DNA of 32,000 bases from Telmatocola sphagniphila (GCF_018398935.1 NZ_CP074694.1:6360001-6392000), one strand, 5' to 3'. Counted from the first letter of the stretch, positions 7,138 through 16,492 are shown. Program-made: numbers and translations. Notes: generated by a model not told the origin, from the letters alone.

Positions 7138-8382
7138 ATGCATCAGCGATGGCTTTTGGGTCTGCTCCTCTGGGCGGGGTTTGGGCTGACCGTTTCAGCC
7201 TCGGACTGGCCCCGTTTTCGCGGACCTAACGGAACAGGAACTGTTGCCGATAAGGATGTGCCGATCACCTGGTCCGCCACCCAGGGCGTGAAGTGGAAAC
7301 TCGATTTACCGGGTAATGGCAACTCGTCCCCCATTGTCTCCCGGGGCAAGCTCTTCCTGCAGGCCGCTTCGGAGGATCAATCCAAGCGTTATCTGATCTG
7401 CATAGATGCGAGCAAGGGAACCATCGACTGGCAAAAGGAATACAAAGGCGGCCGGGTGGCTATTCATAAGCTGAATTCCCCCGCTTCCTCGACTCCCGCT
7501 GCTGATGGCGAAAAAGTCTACGCGGTTTTCTGGGACGGCAAAAACCTTTATTTGACCGCCTGGAGTTACGGCGGCGAGATGGTCTGGGAACATGATCTCG
7601 GCGAATTCCGGAGCGATCATGGCGCGGGACTCTCACCGATTGTGGTGGGCGATCAAGTGATCATCAATAACGACCAGCAGGATTTCGCGGAGATTCAGGC
7701 CTTCAGCGCCAAAACCGGCTCTCCCACCTGGAAGAAAGCCCGGCAGGCCTACCGCGCCTGCTACTCAACACCGTTTGTGATCCAGAAACCTAAAGGACCT
7801 TCGGAACTGATCGTCACCAGTACGGCCGGGTTGACCAGCTACAATCCCGATACGGGGGCCGTGAACTGGAACTGGATGTGGAAGTTCGACAAGAAAGGTT
7901 TGCGAACAGTCGGCTCGGCCATCGCCCAGAATGGAATCATTATCGCCGCTTCGGGGGACGGCGGCGGGGATCGCCACATGATTGCACTGAAAGAGGGGGC
8001 ATCTGGCACTGTCCCCGACAGTAGTGTGCTCTGGCAGAAGAAAAAGGGGACCCCGTATGTGCCCACGGTCATCGGTGATGGCAAATACATCTACTGGGTG
8101 CTCGATAAGGAGGGAACGCTGGTTTGTGCCAACCCGAAAACCGGTGCCGAGGTTTGGAGTGAGAGATTAGGCGGCGGCGCGGTAACCGCTTCCCCCGTGA
8201 TCGCCGATGGTAAGCTCTACATTGTGACCGAAAAAGGCACCACCTACGTCGTTAAAACGGGCGATAAGTACGATTTGCTAAGTAAGAATACACTCAATGA
8301 AACGGTGTACGCGACACCGGCTATCGCCGATGGGCATCTCTTCATCCGCGGGATGAAGTCCCTGTATTGCCTCGGAAAGTGA
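7138..8382 (+). CDS. PQQ-like beta-propeller repeat protein (BamB-like fold), secreted
   Basis: 414-aa ORF with signal peptide MHQRWLLGLLLWAGFGLTVSA followed by SDWPRFRGPNGTG. Propeller blade motifs repeat: LICIDASKGTIDWQ, LTAWSYGGEMVWE, IQAFSAKTGSPTWK, LTSYNPDTGAVNWN, LVCANPKTGAEVWS, SPVIADGKLYIV, TPAIADGHLFIRG. Confidence 0.85.
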   Translation: MHQRWLLGLLLWAGFGLTVSASDWPRFRGPNGTGTVADKDVPITWSATQGVKWKLDLPGNGNSSPIVSRGKLFLQAASEDQSKRYLICIDASKGTIDWQKEYKGGRVAIHKLNSPASSTPAADGEKVYAVFWDGKNLYLTAWSYGGEMVWEHDLGEFRSDHGAGLSPIVVGDQVIINNDQQDFAEIQAFSAKTGSPTWKKARQAYRACYSTPFVIQKPKGPSELIVTSTAGLTSYNPDTGAVNWNWMWKFDKKGLRTVGSAIAQNGIIIAASGDGGGDRHMIALKEGASGTVPDSSVLWQKKKGTPYVPTVIGDGKYIYWVLDKEGTLVCANPKTGAEVWSERLGGGAVTASPVIADGKLYIVTEKGTTYVVKTGDKYDLLSKNTLNETVYATPAIADGHLFIRGMKSLYCLGK

Positions 8383-8392
8383 GTAAAGAGCA

Positions 8393-8424
8393 GGGCGATG
8401 CGATCTCGGAGGAGGGCATCGCCC
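8393..8424. terminator. stem-loop between convergent genes (possible terminator)
   Basis: GGGCGATGC (8393-8401) pairs with GCATCGCCC (8416-8424): a 9-bp GC-rich stem and 14-nt loop, with no U-tract on either strand. Confidence 0.3.
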
Positions 8425-8449
8425 ACACGTCACTCAGAGCAAGTCCAGG

Positions 8450-9214
8450 TTACTTCAATTCTTTCAGGTAAATGTTTTTGAACCAAAGCTTATCGCCGTG
8501 GTATTGCAGTTCGATGGGGCCAGTCGCGGGTAGCGGTTTGGTTCGATCGAAATAAGGATCCAGGGCTTTGTCGTCCACAACCAGCTTTCCGTTCAGGTAA
8601 ACCGTTACCTTGTTGCCGACCATTCGAATGTGAAAAGTGTTCCATTCGCCGACCGGCTTATCGGCTTTGACCAGTGGAGTCTTACCAATGCTTTTCGGAT
8701 CTACGCCGGTTTTAAGATTGTTATTCCAGAGGCCGCCGGAACCGGTGCCCCAGTCTGCCTTTAAGCTTTCGTCCAGATTATCGGAGTCCCAGATCTGAAT
8801 CTGCGGCGTGCCGCGGACATAGATGCCGCTGTCCCCGGCCTTCTCTATTTTCCAGTCCACGTACATTTCGAAGTTCCCGTAGTCCCGAACCGTTTGCAGG
8901 CTGCAGCCTATCTTTTTTCCCGTTTTATCGATTTTGGGTTTGTGATTGATGACGCCTTCTTTGACGGTCCAAGTTTCAGCCATCAAGCCGTTCCGCATAT
9001 CCTGGACTTCTTTGAGCCGTTTGGCTCCCAGGGTGGCCCGTTCTTTCAGATCGGTGTGCCCCTGCCAGCCAGTGAGGTCCTTGCCGTTGAACAGAGCAAT
9101 AAAGCCCTCGGGAGGGATATTATCTTTGGGGCCGGCTTTCTCGTCGTCCGCGCGGGAAGTGCTGGAGGACAGGCTGAAGAGCGAAAGAAAAAGCAGAAAA
9201 CTCGTTACTCGCAT
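8450..9214 (-). CDS. DUF1080 (3-keto-disaccharide hydrolase-like) domain protein, secreted
   Basis: Start placed at Met16 of the ORF (nt 9214), giving signal peptide MRVTSFLLFLSLFSLSSSTSRA. DUF1080 hallmarks are present: EGFIALFNGKDLTGWQGH, WTVKEGVI, YGNFEMYVDWKI, GDSGIYVRG, NTFHIRMVGNKVTVYLNGKLV, IELQYHGDKLWFKNIYLKEL. Confidence 0.85.
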   Translation of the reverse strand: MRVTSFLLFLSLFSLSSSTSRADDEKAGPKDNIPPEGFIALFNGKDLTGWQGHTDLKERATLGAKRLKEVQDMRNGLMAETWTVKEGVINHKPKIDKTGKKIGCSLQTVRDYGNFEMYVDWKIEKAGDSGIYVRGTPQIQIWDSDNLDESLKADWGTGSGGLWNNNLKTGVDPKSIGKTPLVKADKPVGEWNTFHIRMVGNKVTVYLNGKLVVDDKALDPYFDRTKPLPATGPIELQYHGDKLWFKNIYLKELK

Positions 9215-9391
9215 CGAAAAACTCCAGGAGAGAACATGCTGATCGACTACGATTGGCATGAATGAGCATTTTAGTGGAACTTTCCTCGAGTGAATCGGCC
9301 GAATGTACGGATTTCGCTTCCCCTGAGGCTTTCGAGTAGTTACATTTTTTCTTCACGGAATGGTTTGATCCCTCCTTAGAAAGTGGCTGGT

Positions 9392-10756
9392 ATGCGCACA
9401 AAACTCTCGATCATGATGTTTTTGGAGTTTTTCATATGGAGCTCCTGGTTTGTCTTGAACTTCGGCTATGCTCCGCAAGTGATCGGGGAGAAGCATGTTT
9501 ATACCGAAATCAAACTGTCGGCCGACAGTGACCCGATCATGGTCATCGATAAACCCTTCGTCATTAACAGTGCTTTTCCGATTGCTTCGCTTCTTGCCAT
9601 GTTCGGTCTGACAGCTCTCGTCGACCGGAAGATGTCCGCGGAAAAATATATGTTCATTGCTCACATGATCGGCGGATTAGCCATGCTGGGTTTGGGTTTT
9701 GCCAGTGATTATGTGCCGCCCGATCAAATGTATCTGGTCTTTGCCGCCTTGATGTACATCCACTGTATCGCTTATGTGCCGACCATTTCGGTTTCCAATT
9801 CCATTGCATTCACCCACTTGAAGAATGCTTCGCACGATTTCGGCCGCGTTCGACTTTGGGGGACCATCGGTTGGATTGCCGCCAGCCTTCCTTTCACTTT
9901 CCTGCTAACCGACTGGAGCAAAATTCAGGGTGCGGACACTTTCTCGTCGGGATGGTTCAAAATGGTGTTCGACCCGGCCAACGGTAAAACGGGCGATGCC
10001 TGGCTCCACGGTGTAAAGTATGCCTATGTCGCAGCCGGAGTGGCCTCGCTACTGCTGTCCATGATCAGTCTTGTTTTGCCACACACCCCGCCAAAGCAGA
10101 GCTCAGAACCGCAAAAATCGGCCATGGGAGAAGCGATCGGCTATCTGGCCAAACCTTTTATCTTCGTTTTGTTCGTGGTCACCTTTGTCGACGCCATGAT
10201 CCATCAGGGATACTTCCTCGTCACGGAAGGATTTTTGAAAGAGAAAGTGGGCATTCCAGCCGGTTTCGTATTGCCGGTAATGAGTTTGGGGCAGGTGGCG
10301 GAAATTCTGACGATGGCCGTGCTGGGCTGGTTCTTAAAATCATTCGGCTGGCGCTTCACAATGATTCTCGGCGTGATGGGACACGCCATCCGATTCGGCG
10401 TTTTCGCATTCTATCCTCAGCAGGTTCCTGTCATTGCTTCGATTATGTTGCACGGGATTTGCTATGCGTTCTTTTTCGCCACAGTTTACATCTTCATCGA
10501 TGCCTACTTCCCTACCGATGTGAGAACGAGTGCTCAAGGGCTTTTCAACTTCCTAATCCTCGGCTTTGGGCCGTTCGTGGCTAATGCTCTCTGGCCCACG
10601 CTAGTCAAGAACACCAGCGTTAATGGCGTTGTGCAGTGGGACAAATACTTCGTTTATCCCTCTGCCACAGCCCTTGGCGCGGCCGTGATTCTGCTCTTGT
10701 TCTTCCACCCACCCAAGCAAACGGCCACCGGTAACGCCGGGGCGCTGCCTCACTAG
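9392..10756 (+). CDS. MFS transporter, nucleoside:H+ symporter (NHS/NupG-like) family
   Basis: N-terminus MRTKLSIMMFLEFFIWSSWF resembles the NupG/XapB-type start. Also seen: VDRKMSAEKYMF, RLWGTIGWIAAS and about 12 hydrophobic helices. The ORF opens at GTG 9383; ATG 9392 is preferred but the choice is not certain. Confidence 0.8.
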   Translation: MRTKLSIMMFLEFFIWSSWFVLNFGYAPQVIGEKHVYTEIKLSADSDPIMVIDKPFVINSAFPIASLLAMFGLTALVDRKMSAEKYMFIAHMIGGLAMLGLGFASDYVPPDQMYLVFAALMYIHCIAYVPTISVSNSIAFTHLKNASHDFGRVRLWGTIGWIAASLPFTFLLTDWSKIQGADTFSSGWFKMVFDPANGKTGDAWLHGVKYAYVAAGVASLLLSMISLVLPHTPPKQSSEPQKSAMGEAIGYLAKPFIFVLFVVTFVDAMIHQGYFLVTEGFLKEKVGIPAGFVLPVMSLGQVAEILTMAVLGWFLKSFGWRFTMILGVMGHAIRFGVFAFYPQQVPVIASIMLHGICYAFFFATVYIFIDAYFPTDVRTSAQGLFNFLILGFGPFVANALWPTLVKNTSVNGVVQWDKYFVYPSATALGAAVILLLFFHPPKQTATGNAGALPH

Positions 10757-10761
10757 TCGAA

Positions 10762-11544
10762 TCACGGAAGGTTGGAGTAGCCCACCACCTTCCGGAAATA
10801 ATGATACTCCCGACTGACCTCGGGAATCGGGGCCAGCTTCCAGATCCACTCGGTGTCCGCGAGAGGCAAAGACACTCCGTAAGTCAGATCCAACCGCTCG
10901 ATGATGCGGTTGGTTTGGTCCAGCATCTGTCTTTCGATATCGGTAATCAGCACTTTTATACCGGGTAAAAGCCTAAGCCAGTCGACATGCCGCTGCATGA
11001 CCTTGTGTGCGAAATCTTCCATCCAAGGCCTGCCATATCCCCACTTCTTCAGGAAGTTCATTGGCATGCAGGGAAGTTGAGAAAACAGATTGATGGAGAT
11101 CGTCAGATCGAGATCTTCCCGATCCCTCAGCAGATGCGGAATCGGGCAGTGAAAGGGCTGTTCGGGATTCGGCAGCTTATACAGCAATTCGATTGATTCC
11201 GTCACATCGGCCACATACTCTTCCACGTTCGGATAATGTGAATACTGCTTACGGCTGGCGACCGGATGACAGATATCAACTAATAGCACCTTTTGGAAGC
11301 GTTCCGAAAGCTCTTTTAAGGGAACATCGTGGATGAGCCCAGCTCCCAGCACGGCCACGGTTCGATGCCCGGAGCAATTCGCCATTCCCTGCTGAATAAT
11401 TTTGTGGCAGTGCTCGATGTGCTCTTTCCAGGCCGCACCGACCCGACGAAATCGGCCTTCAATGCCAGTCGCTTCGTCTAGGTACCCCATAGCCCGAGCG
11501 GCTTTGGGACAGACGGCCCGCATCTTGTTCAGAAAGAGAAACAT
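10762..11544 (-). CDS. hypothetical protein, possibly class I SAM-methyltransferase-like Rossmann fold
   Basis: 260-aa ORF. TVAVLGAGLIHDVPLKELSERFQKVLLVDI resembles methyltransferase motif I plus the acidic post-I residue, and LTISINLFSQL resembles motif IV. The assignment is weak. Confidence 0.5.
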   Translation of the reverse strand: MFLFLNKMRAVCPKAARAMGYLDEATGIEGRFRRVGAAWKEHIEHCHKIIQQGMANCSGHRTVAVLGAGLIHDVPLKELSERFQKVLLVDICHPVASRKQYSHYPNVEEYVADVTESIELLYKLPNPEQPFHCPIPHLLRDREDLDLTISINLFSQLPCMPMNFLKKWGYGRPWMEDFAHKVMQRHVDWLRLLPGIKVLITDIERQMLDQTNRIIERLDLTYGVSLPLADTEWIWKLAPIPEVSREYHYFRKVVGYSNLP

Positions 11545-11603
11545 GTCATCAGATTAGGATGAAGTCGCAAGGCTGAAAAGGGAAAGCATGGGGCGTTTGA
11601 CGT

Positions 11604-11640
11604 CAAAAAAATAACCACGGGTTTTCGCCCGTGGTTATTG
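11604..11640 (-). terminator. Rho-independent terminator of the 11661..12209 gene
   Basis: AATAACCACGGG (11610-11621) / TTTTCG / CCCGTGGTTATT (11628-11639) form a perfect 12-bp stem. On the minus strand the hairpin is followed directly by a T7 run (plus-strand A-run 11605-11611), 20 nt after the stop codon. Confidence 0.75.
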
Positions 11641-11660
11641 AAAATCGTTAAGCAATCCGC

Positions 11661-12209
11661 TTATTTCAAAATAGTGGGAATAGCGGACAGGACTTTTTCG
11701 ATACTGGTATCGTTGAGTTCATCTTTGCCAAAGGCGAAGTTAGCTTCGACTTTGCGGTCGTTGTAAAGAACGACGGTCACAGCGGCATCAGGAGCCACTT
11801 TGTAACCCTTGGGGCCAGAGGGATTGTCGATCGCCAGAACGGTGGTTTCAATCTTTTCGGTCTTGGCCAGTTCCTTCAGCTTGCCTTCCAGGCCTTCTTT
11901 ATCCGAGCAGAACACAACGAAGCTGCCCATTTCCTTAGCGGAATTCTTCTTGGTGGCTTCGTCAATTTTCTTGATGAGCTTGGTCAGATTTGCATCGACA
12001 TCGCGAGCGAAGATCATGGCAACCGGGTTGCCCCCGTTCTTGCAGACCAGACAAGCTTTTTGTCCGGCGCTCTCGCCATTAATGTTCAGAGGATGGAAAG
12101 CACCAGGAATCTTTTCGCCCACTTGGATGCTGGACTTGATTTCGGCCGCCGCTGCATAACTGAACATCACGGCAACAGCTGCGACTGCAGCAAACAGAAC
12201 ACGCTTCAT
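11661..12209 (-). CDS. secreted thioredoxin-fold-like protein with CxxC motif
   Basis: 182-aa ORF with AGGAG upstream of the ATG and signal peptide MKRVLFAAVAAVAVMFSYAAAA. KACLVCKNGGNPVAMIFA places a CxxC before a beta-strand, as in redoxin/AhpC-TSA-like folds. It has its own strong terminator. Confidence 0.6.
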   Translation of the reverse strand: MKRVLFAAVAAVAVMFSYAAAAEIKSSIQVGEKIPGAFHPLNINGESAGQKACLVCKNGGNPVAMIFARDVDANLTKLIKKIDEATKKNSAKEMGSFVVFCSDKEGLEGKLKELAKTEKIETTVLAIDNPSGPKGYKVAPDAAVTVVLYNDRKVEANFAFGKDELNDTSIEKVLSAIPTILK

Positions 12210-12444
12210 GAGAGATCTCCTCGTTGAGAGAATTGAGTTACTCGTCTAATACCATAAGGCTAAGACGATCTTACACTTCTCTGGTACAAAAGGAAAGAGC
12301 GCTGAAAGTAATATAAGCGTTCAAGTCTACTCTAAATATTGCAAAACATCCCTGCGGAAAATCGGCCGCAACTCTTGAATGGAAAAGATCTTGCAGTGAT
12401 TTCGCAAACCGAATTATTTGGATAATCTTAAGAGAATTGTTTCA

Positions 12445-13344
12445 TTAGCGTGATGATACTACGTTTGCAGGAATGTTTTTTGAGCGTTGGCGAATGGCGT
12501 GAAATAAAGCGATTCTCATCATTTCAGTCTTCTGCCGTTTTTCAATCATCTGGCTGAAGTTCAAAAGTCCCCACAGAACGAAGTTGGTGATGAGCAAACC
12601 AATATGCGCGAACCCGACAGCCATCGCGGCAGGGATCGACCCGCAAGCGTGAATCAATCCGTTGAGTAAGAGGAAATCCCAGCCGCGACGACCCCCTAAA
12701 TGTCGGGCGGCGCTTCCAGCATTCAGCTCGGTTGATCGCAACAGAGTTTCGATGGTGCCGTCCGCTTCTATGCTTCGGCCTTGCTTGCGAGTCACTTCTA
12801 CGGCGGCCTGATGGAGGATCTCGAGTTCCTGGAGGTCGAAGCAGATTTTTCCCTGGCGGATGAATTCAAGTTCGAAATCGGGACGGCTATTTTGCGTATT
12901 ATCGCTCAGCAGCAGCCCACCATCCGTATAACAAGCCGCGAAATGCGTGGAGTACCAGACGGCTCTTGGGGCACGGAGACGTTGCAGGAAGAGGTAAGAT
13001 TGTTGCGATTTATTCCAGAACATCCGCACGTCGGTTCGCTGTTCCCATATCGGGCCATCGAAACGTATCCGCATGAATCCCTGGCCGATCGGTTTGTAAC
13101 CCAATTGTGTGGCCTGGTCGTACCAGAACTGGTAGTCCTCATCGCCTCCGGTGGGTTCCAGATTCGTCGGATCCGTGTCGCCGCCGTTCTCGTAGCGGGT
13201 TCCCCCGAGCGCCGCGATCAGGGCGGGGAGCCAGGTCCAGGACATCAGCAGGACAAGCAACCCCCACAATACCACCAGTAAAGTATTCGGGTCAATTGGC
13301 GGCATCGGCAGAGGTCCTCGCACGGGAAACAGATACATTAACAT
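12445..13344 (-). CDS. hypothetical membrane protein
   Basis: 299-aa ORF with an N-terminal TM (LLVVLWGLLVLLMSWTWLPALIAAL) and two C-terminal TMs (FLLLNGLIHACGSIPAAMAVGF, IGLLITNFVLWGLLNF). Met14 (nt 13305) has GAGGA about 10 nt upstream and may be the true start. No family recognised. Confidence 0.55.
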   Translation of the reverse strand: MLMYLFPVRGPLPMPPIDPNTLLVVLWGLLVLLMSWTWLPALIAALGGTRYENGGDTDPTNLEPTGGDEDYQFWYDQATQLGYKPIGQGFMRIRFDGPIWEQRTDVRMFWNKSQQSYLFLQRLRAPRAVWYSTHFAACYTDGGLLLSDNTQNSRPDFELEFIRQGKICFDLQELEILHQAAVEVTRKQGRSIEADGTIETLLRSTELNAGSAARHLGGRRGWDFLLLNGLIHACGSIPAAMAVGFAHIGLLITNFVLWGLLNFSQMIEKRQKTEMMRIALFHAIRQRSKNIPANVVSSR

Positions 13345-13371
13345 TATAGTCGTGGACCAGAGGAGCCTGCC

Positions 13372-15114
13372 TTGCGAGGACCAGTATTACTTTGCGGACT
13401 GGGGACGATTGGCTGGCGTATCCTCGATTTCCTCAGGGCGGCTGGCGTTTCCGTAGTAGCCATCGACACGACATGCCGATCCGACGACACCCGGTTGTCA
13501 GGTATTCAATTCATCTCCGGCGATTTCCGCGAAGAAGCTATACTCCGTCAGGCGAACATAGCCCAGGTGCAAGGAGTGCTGATCGTCACTTCCGACGATC
13601 TCATCAATATCTCCACCGGGTTGTTGGCACGCCGTTTAAATCCGGACGCCCGCATTGTGCTTCGGATGTTCAATCAGAATCTGGTGAACCGGCTCGGAAA
13701 AACGGTCAAGAATATGACCGCGCTTTCGGTATCCGCTCTGTCCGCTCCGATCCTGGCGATCTCCGCACTTAGCGGCGATGTCATGGCCGCTTTCGCGCTT
13801 CGGGAAGAGCGACGGCAGGTGGCGGAAATCGAAATCACCGAAACTTCCAGCCTGGCGAATCGGGCCTTCGGGCTGATCGATCCCACCGAAAAGCTCGTGC
13901 TGATCTCCCATCAGAAAAAAGACTCTTCACAGCAAAAACAGGAAGTGGCCTCCCGTCAGGTGGCTTTGAAGCCGGGCGATCGAATAGTCGTCTGTGGCGT
14001 ACCATCCGATGTGCAGCGACTTCGCGAGCCCAGTTCCGAACAATTGCGAGAACTCCTCTGGGCCGGGAAGGTTCGTCGATTTTTTCGAGTGATTCATCGG
14101 ACTTTTCGCGAACTGGAACGCCCTGTACAAATTTGTCTGGCCGTGCTGGTAACCGTTGTGGTGGCAAGCACGATGGTCTACCACTGGGGAGTGAACGACT
14201 CCTGGCCCGATGCACTTTATCACACCATCAGCTTGATCACCACGGGTTCCGAACTTGGTGCGGAGAAGACGGAAGGGTGGTTCAAGGTCTTCGTCAGCCT
14301 TCTGAAAATTTTCAGCATCGCGCTGATTGCCGCATTCACGGCGATAGTCACCAATTACCTTATCAAAATCCGATTGGGAGCCGCACTCGAAGCGAGGCGC
14401 ATACCCGACGGCAATCATATCGTCATCTGCGGTTTGGGGAATGTCGGTTTTAGAGTTCTCGAAGAACTGCTGAGAATCGGCGAAGAGAGCGTGGTCATAC
14501 TCGAGAAAAAGGCCGATAATCCGTTCATCACTGCTGCTCGCCGGAAGGGGGCGGTGGTAGTGATCGGGGACGGTACCTTACCGGATGTGTTGAAGCAGTG
14601 CAAAGTGGAGACCGCACGGTCGGTGATCGTCGCCACATCGTTGGAACTCGTTAATCTGGAAATCGCCCTGATCGTTGCCGAACTGAACCCGAAACAGCGA
14701 ATAGTTATCCGGCTGGGAGATTCTCTGGCTACCGATACCGTGCGACAAGCGGCCAATGTCGGGTTGGCCCTATCGGTTACGGAATTGGCTGCCCCCGCCT
14801 TTGTAGCGGCTCTATTCGGCGATCGAGTGATGTCTATCTTCCCACTTGAAGGCAAACTTCAGGCAGTGATGGAATGGAAAATTGCCGATGAACAGGATAT
14901 GTTTCACAAACAACGGCCTCGGGATCTTGCACAAGAGTATCATTTGACACTTTTGGAACGAACCACGGCGGACCTCAAAAAATCGACGTGGGATTCGGGC
15001 CGGGCGCTAGAAGTGGGAGAAAGCATCACTTTCATCCTGCCGCTGCAGCAGTTGGAGCAGTTGCTGCAAACGGCCGTGGAAAAGATCGTCGCCGTCTCCG
15101 ATTCTAAGCCATAA
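13372..15114 (+). CDS. ion channel with two RCK (TrkA-N/TrkA-C) modules flanking a 2-TM pore domain; non-canonical filter
   Basis: TTG start with AGGAG 6 nt upstream. The first RCK module has VLLCGLGTIGWRILDFL plus a TrkA-C-like segment (ALKPGDRIVVCGVPSDVQRL). The pore (aa ~250-335) comprises M1 ICLAVLVTVVVASTMVY, pore helix WPDALYHTISLI, filter TTGSELG (14239-14259) and M2 WFKVFVSLLKIFSIALIAAFTAIV. The second RCK module has IVICGLGNVGFRVLEELL plus a TrkA-C-like tail. Confidence 0.85.
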   Translation: MRGPVLLCGLGTIGWRILDFLRAAGVSVVAIDTTCRSDDTRLSGIQFISGDFREEAILRQANIAQVQGVLIVTSDDLINISTGLLARRLNPDARIVLRMFNQNLVNRLGKTVKNMTALSVSALSAPILAISALSGDVMAAFALREERRQVAEIEITETSSLANRAFGLIDPTEKLVLISHQKKDSSQQKQEVASRQVALKPGDRIVVCGVPSDVQRLREPSSEQLRELLWAGKVRRFFRVIHRTFRELERPVQICLAVLVTVVVASTMVYHWGVNDSWPDALYHTISLITTGSELGAEKTEGWFKVFVSLLKIFSIALIAAFTAIVTNYLIKIRLGAALEARRIPDGNHIVICGLGNVGFRVLEELLRIGEESVVILEKKADNPFITAARRKGAVVVIGDGTLPDVLKQCKVETARSVIVATSLELVNLEIALIVAELNPKQRIVIRLGDSLATDTVRQAANVGLALSVTELAAPAFVAALFGDRVMSIFPLEGKLQAVMEWKIADEQDMFHKQRPRDLAQEYHLTLLERTTADLKKSTWDSGRALEVGESITFILPLQQLEQLLQTAVEKIVAVSDSKP

Positions 15115-16492
15115 TCCCTTGGACCACTTCACCGGCAATATCGGTCAGTCGCATATCCCGGCCACCGAACCGATAAGTCAGTTTTGTATGCTCCATCCCC
15201 AGGAGGTGCAGAATAGTCGCATGCAAATCGTGCATGTGGACTTTGTCCTGAATGGCGTGATAGCCGTACTCATCAGTTGCCCCATGAGCATAGCCGCCTT
15301 TGGTGCCGCCACCGGCCATCCAGACGGTGAAGCCGAACGGGTTATGGTCACGGCCATCGGACCCCTGAGCCATCGGCGTCCGGCCGAATTCGCCACCCCA
15401 AACCAAAAGGGTCTGGGAGAGCAGGCCGCGAGCCTTCAAATCCTTGATCAATCCGGCGATCGGTTTATCGGTCGCGAGTGCGTTAGCCGCATGTCCATTG
15501 ACCAGGTTGGAATGCTGGTCCCAGCGATCGTGCCCGACGTTGGGGCAAAGTAATTCGATGAATCGGACCCCGCGTTCGACCATGCGTCGGGCGATCAGAC
15601 ACTGTCGGCCGTAAATGTCGGTGGGAGCCTCATCGACGCCATAAAGCGCTTTCGTGGCGGCCGACTCTTTGCTGAGATCGAACAGTTCCGGCACGGCCGA
15701 TTGCATCTTATAAGCCAGTTCATAATTCCGAATGGCGGATTCCAAGGCATCGGAACTGCCGGTTCGAGCTAGCGATTGCTGATCGAGTTTGTTGATCAGG
15801 TTCAGCTTCTTTTTTTGTTCCTGAGGCGTTTTCTCCTGAGCCTTAAGATCCTCGACAGGTATTTTGCCGCGCTGAAATAAACTGGCCTGATAGTTGGCGG
15901 GGAGAAAACCGGAATTGAAATTATCTCGACCTCCCGGAGGAATCAGCCCGCTACCTAACACGATAAAACCGGGCAGATCCTGGCACTCGCTTCCCAACCC
16001 GTAAGTCACCCAGCTGCCGATGCTAGGCCGGCCCTGCTGGCCAGTGCCGGTGTGCAGAAAGTAGTTGGCGTTGGTATGCTCCGAAAAGTCGGCATGCATG
16101 GACCGGATCACGCAGAGGTCATCGGCGCATCCCGCGATATGAGGAAGCAAGTCACTGACTGGCAGTCCGCTCTGACCTCGATTCTTGAATTTCCAGGGAG
16201 ATTTCAGCACCATGCCGACATTGTTAAACTGCGTCGGTTCGACTTTCATTTTGATCGGCTGGCCGTGCTCTTTGTCCAGGCGCGGCTTGGGATCAAAGGT
16301 GTCCATACCGCTAGGGCCGCCATCCATATAGAGGAAAATGACCGATTTCGCGCGGGCCGGGAAGTGCGGCGGCTTTGTTGGAGAACTCGGCTCGGCGTAG
16401 GCCCGATCCTGAAGCAAGCCAGACAGTGCCAGCGAGCCGAAACCGGCAGAAGCCCGAAGGAACGAACGGCGTGTGAATGGTGACTGGTTCAT
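15104..16492 (-). CDS. DUF1501 domain protein (sulfatase/alkaline-phosphatase-like), Tat-exported
   Basis: Twin-arginine signal FTRRSFLRASAGFGSLAL. Typical DUF1501 blocks are present: VIFLYMDGGPSGMDTFDPKP, LVWGGEFGRTP, GRDHNPFGFTVWMAGGG. The ATG overlaps the upstream stop as ATGA (16489-16492). Confidence 0.9.
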   Translation of the reverse strand: MNQSPFTRRSFLRASAGFGSLALSGLLQDRAYAEPSSPTKPPHFPARAKSVIFLYMDGGPSGMDTFDPKPRLDKEHGQPIKMKVEPTQFNNVGMVLKSPWKFKNRGQSGLPVSDLLPHIAGCADDLCVIRSMHADFSEHTNANYFLHTGTGQQGRPSIGSWVTYGLGSECQDLPGFIVLGSGLIPPGGRDNFNSGFLPANYQASLFQRGKIPVEDLKAQEKTPQEQKKKLNLINKLDQQSLARTGSSDALESAIRNYELAYKMQSAVPELFDLSKESAATKALYGVDEAPTDIYGRQCLIARRMVERGVRFIELLCPNVGHDRWDQHSNLVNGHAANALATDKPIAGLIKDLKARGLLSQTLLVWGGEFGRTPMAQGSDGRDHNPFGFTVWMAGGGTKGGYAHGATDEYGYHAIQDKVHMHDLHATILHLLGMEHTKLTYRFGGRDMRLTDIAGEVVQGIMA

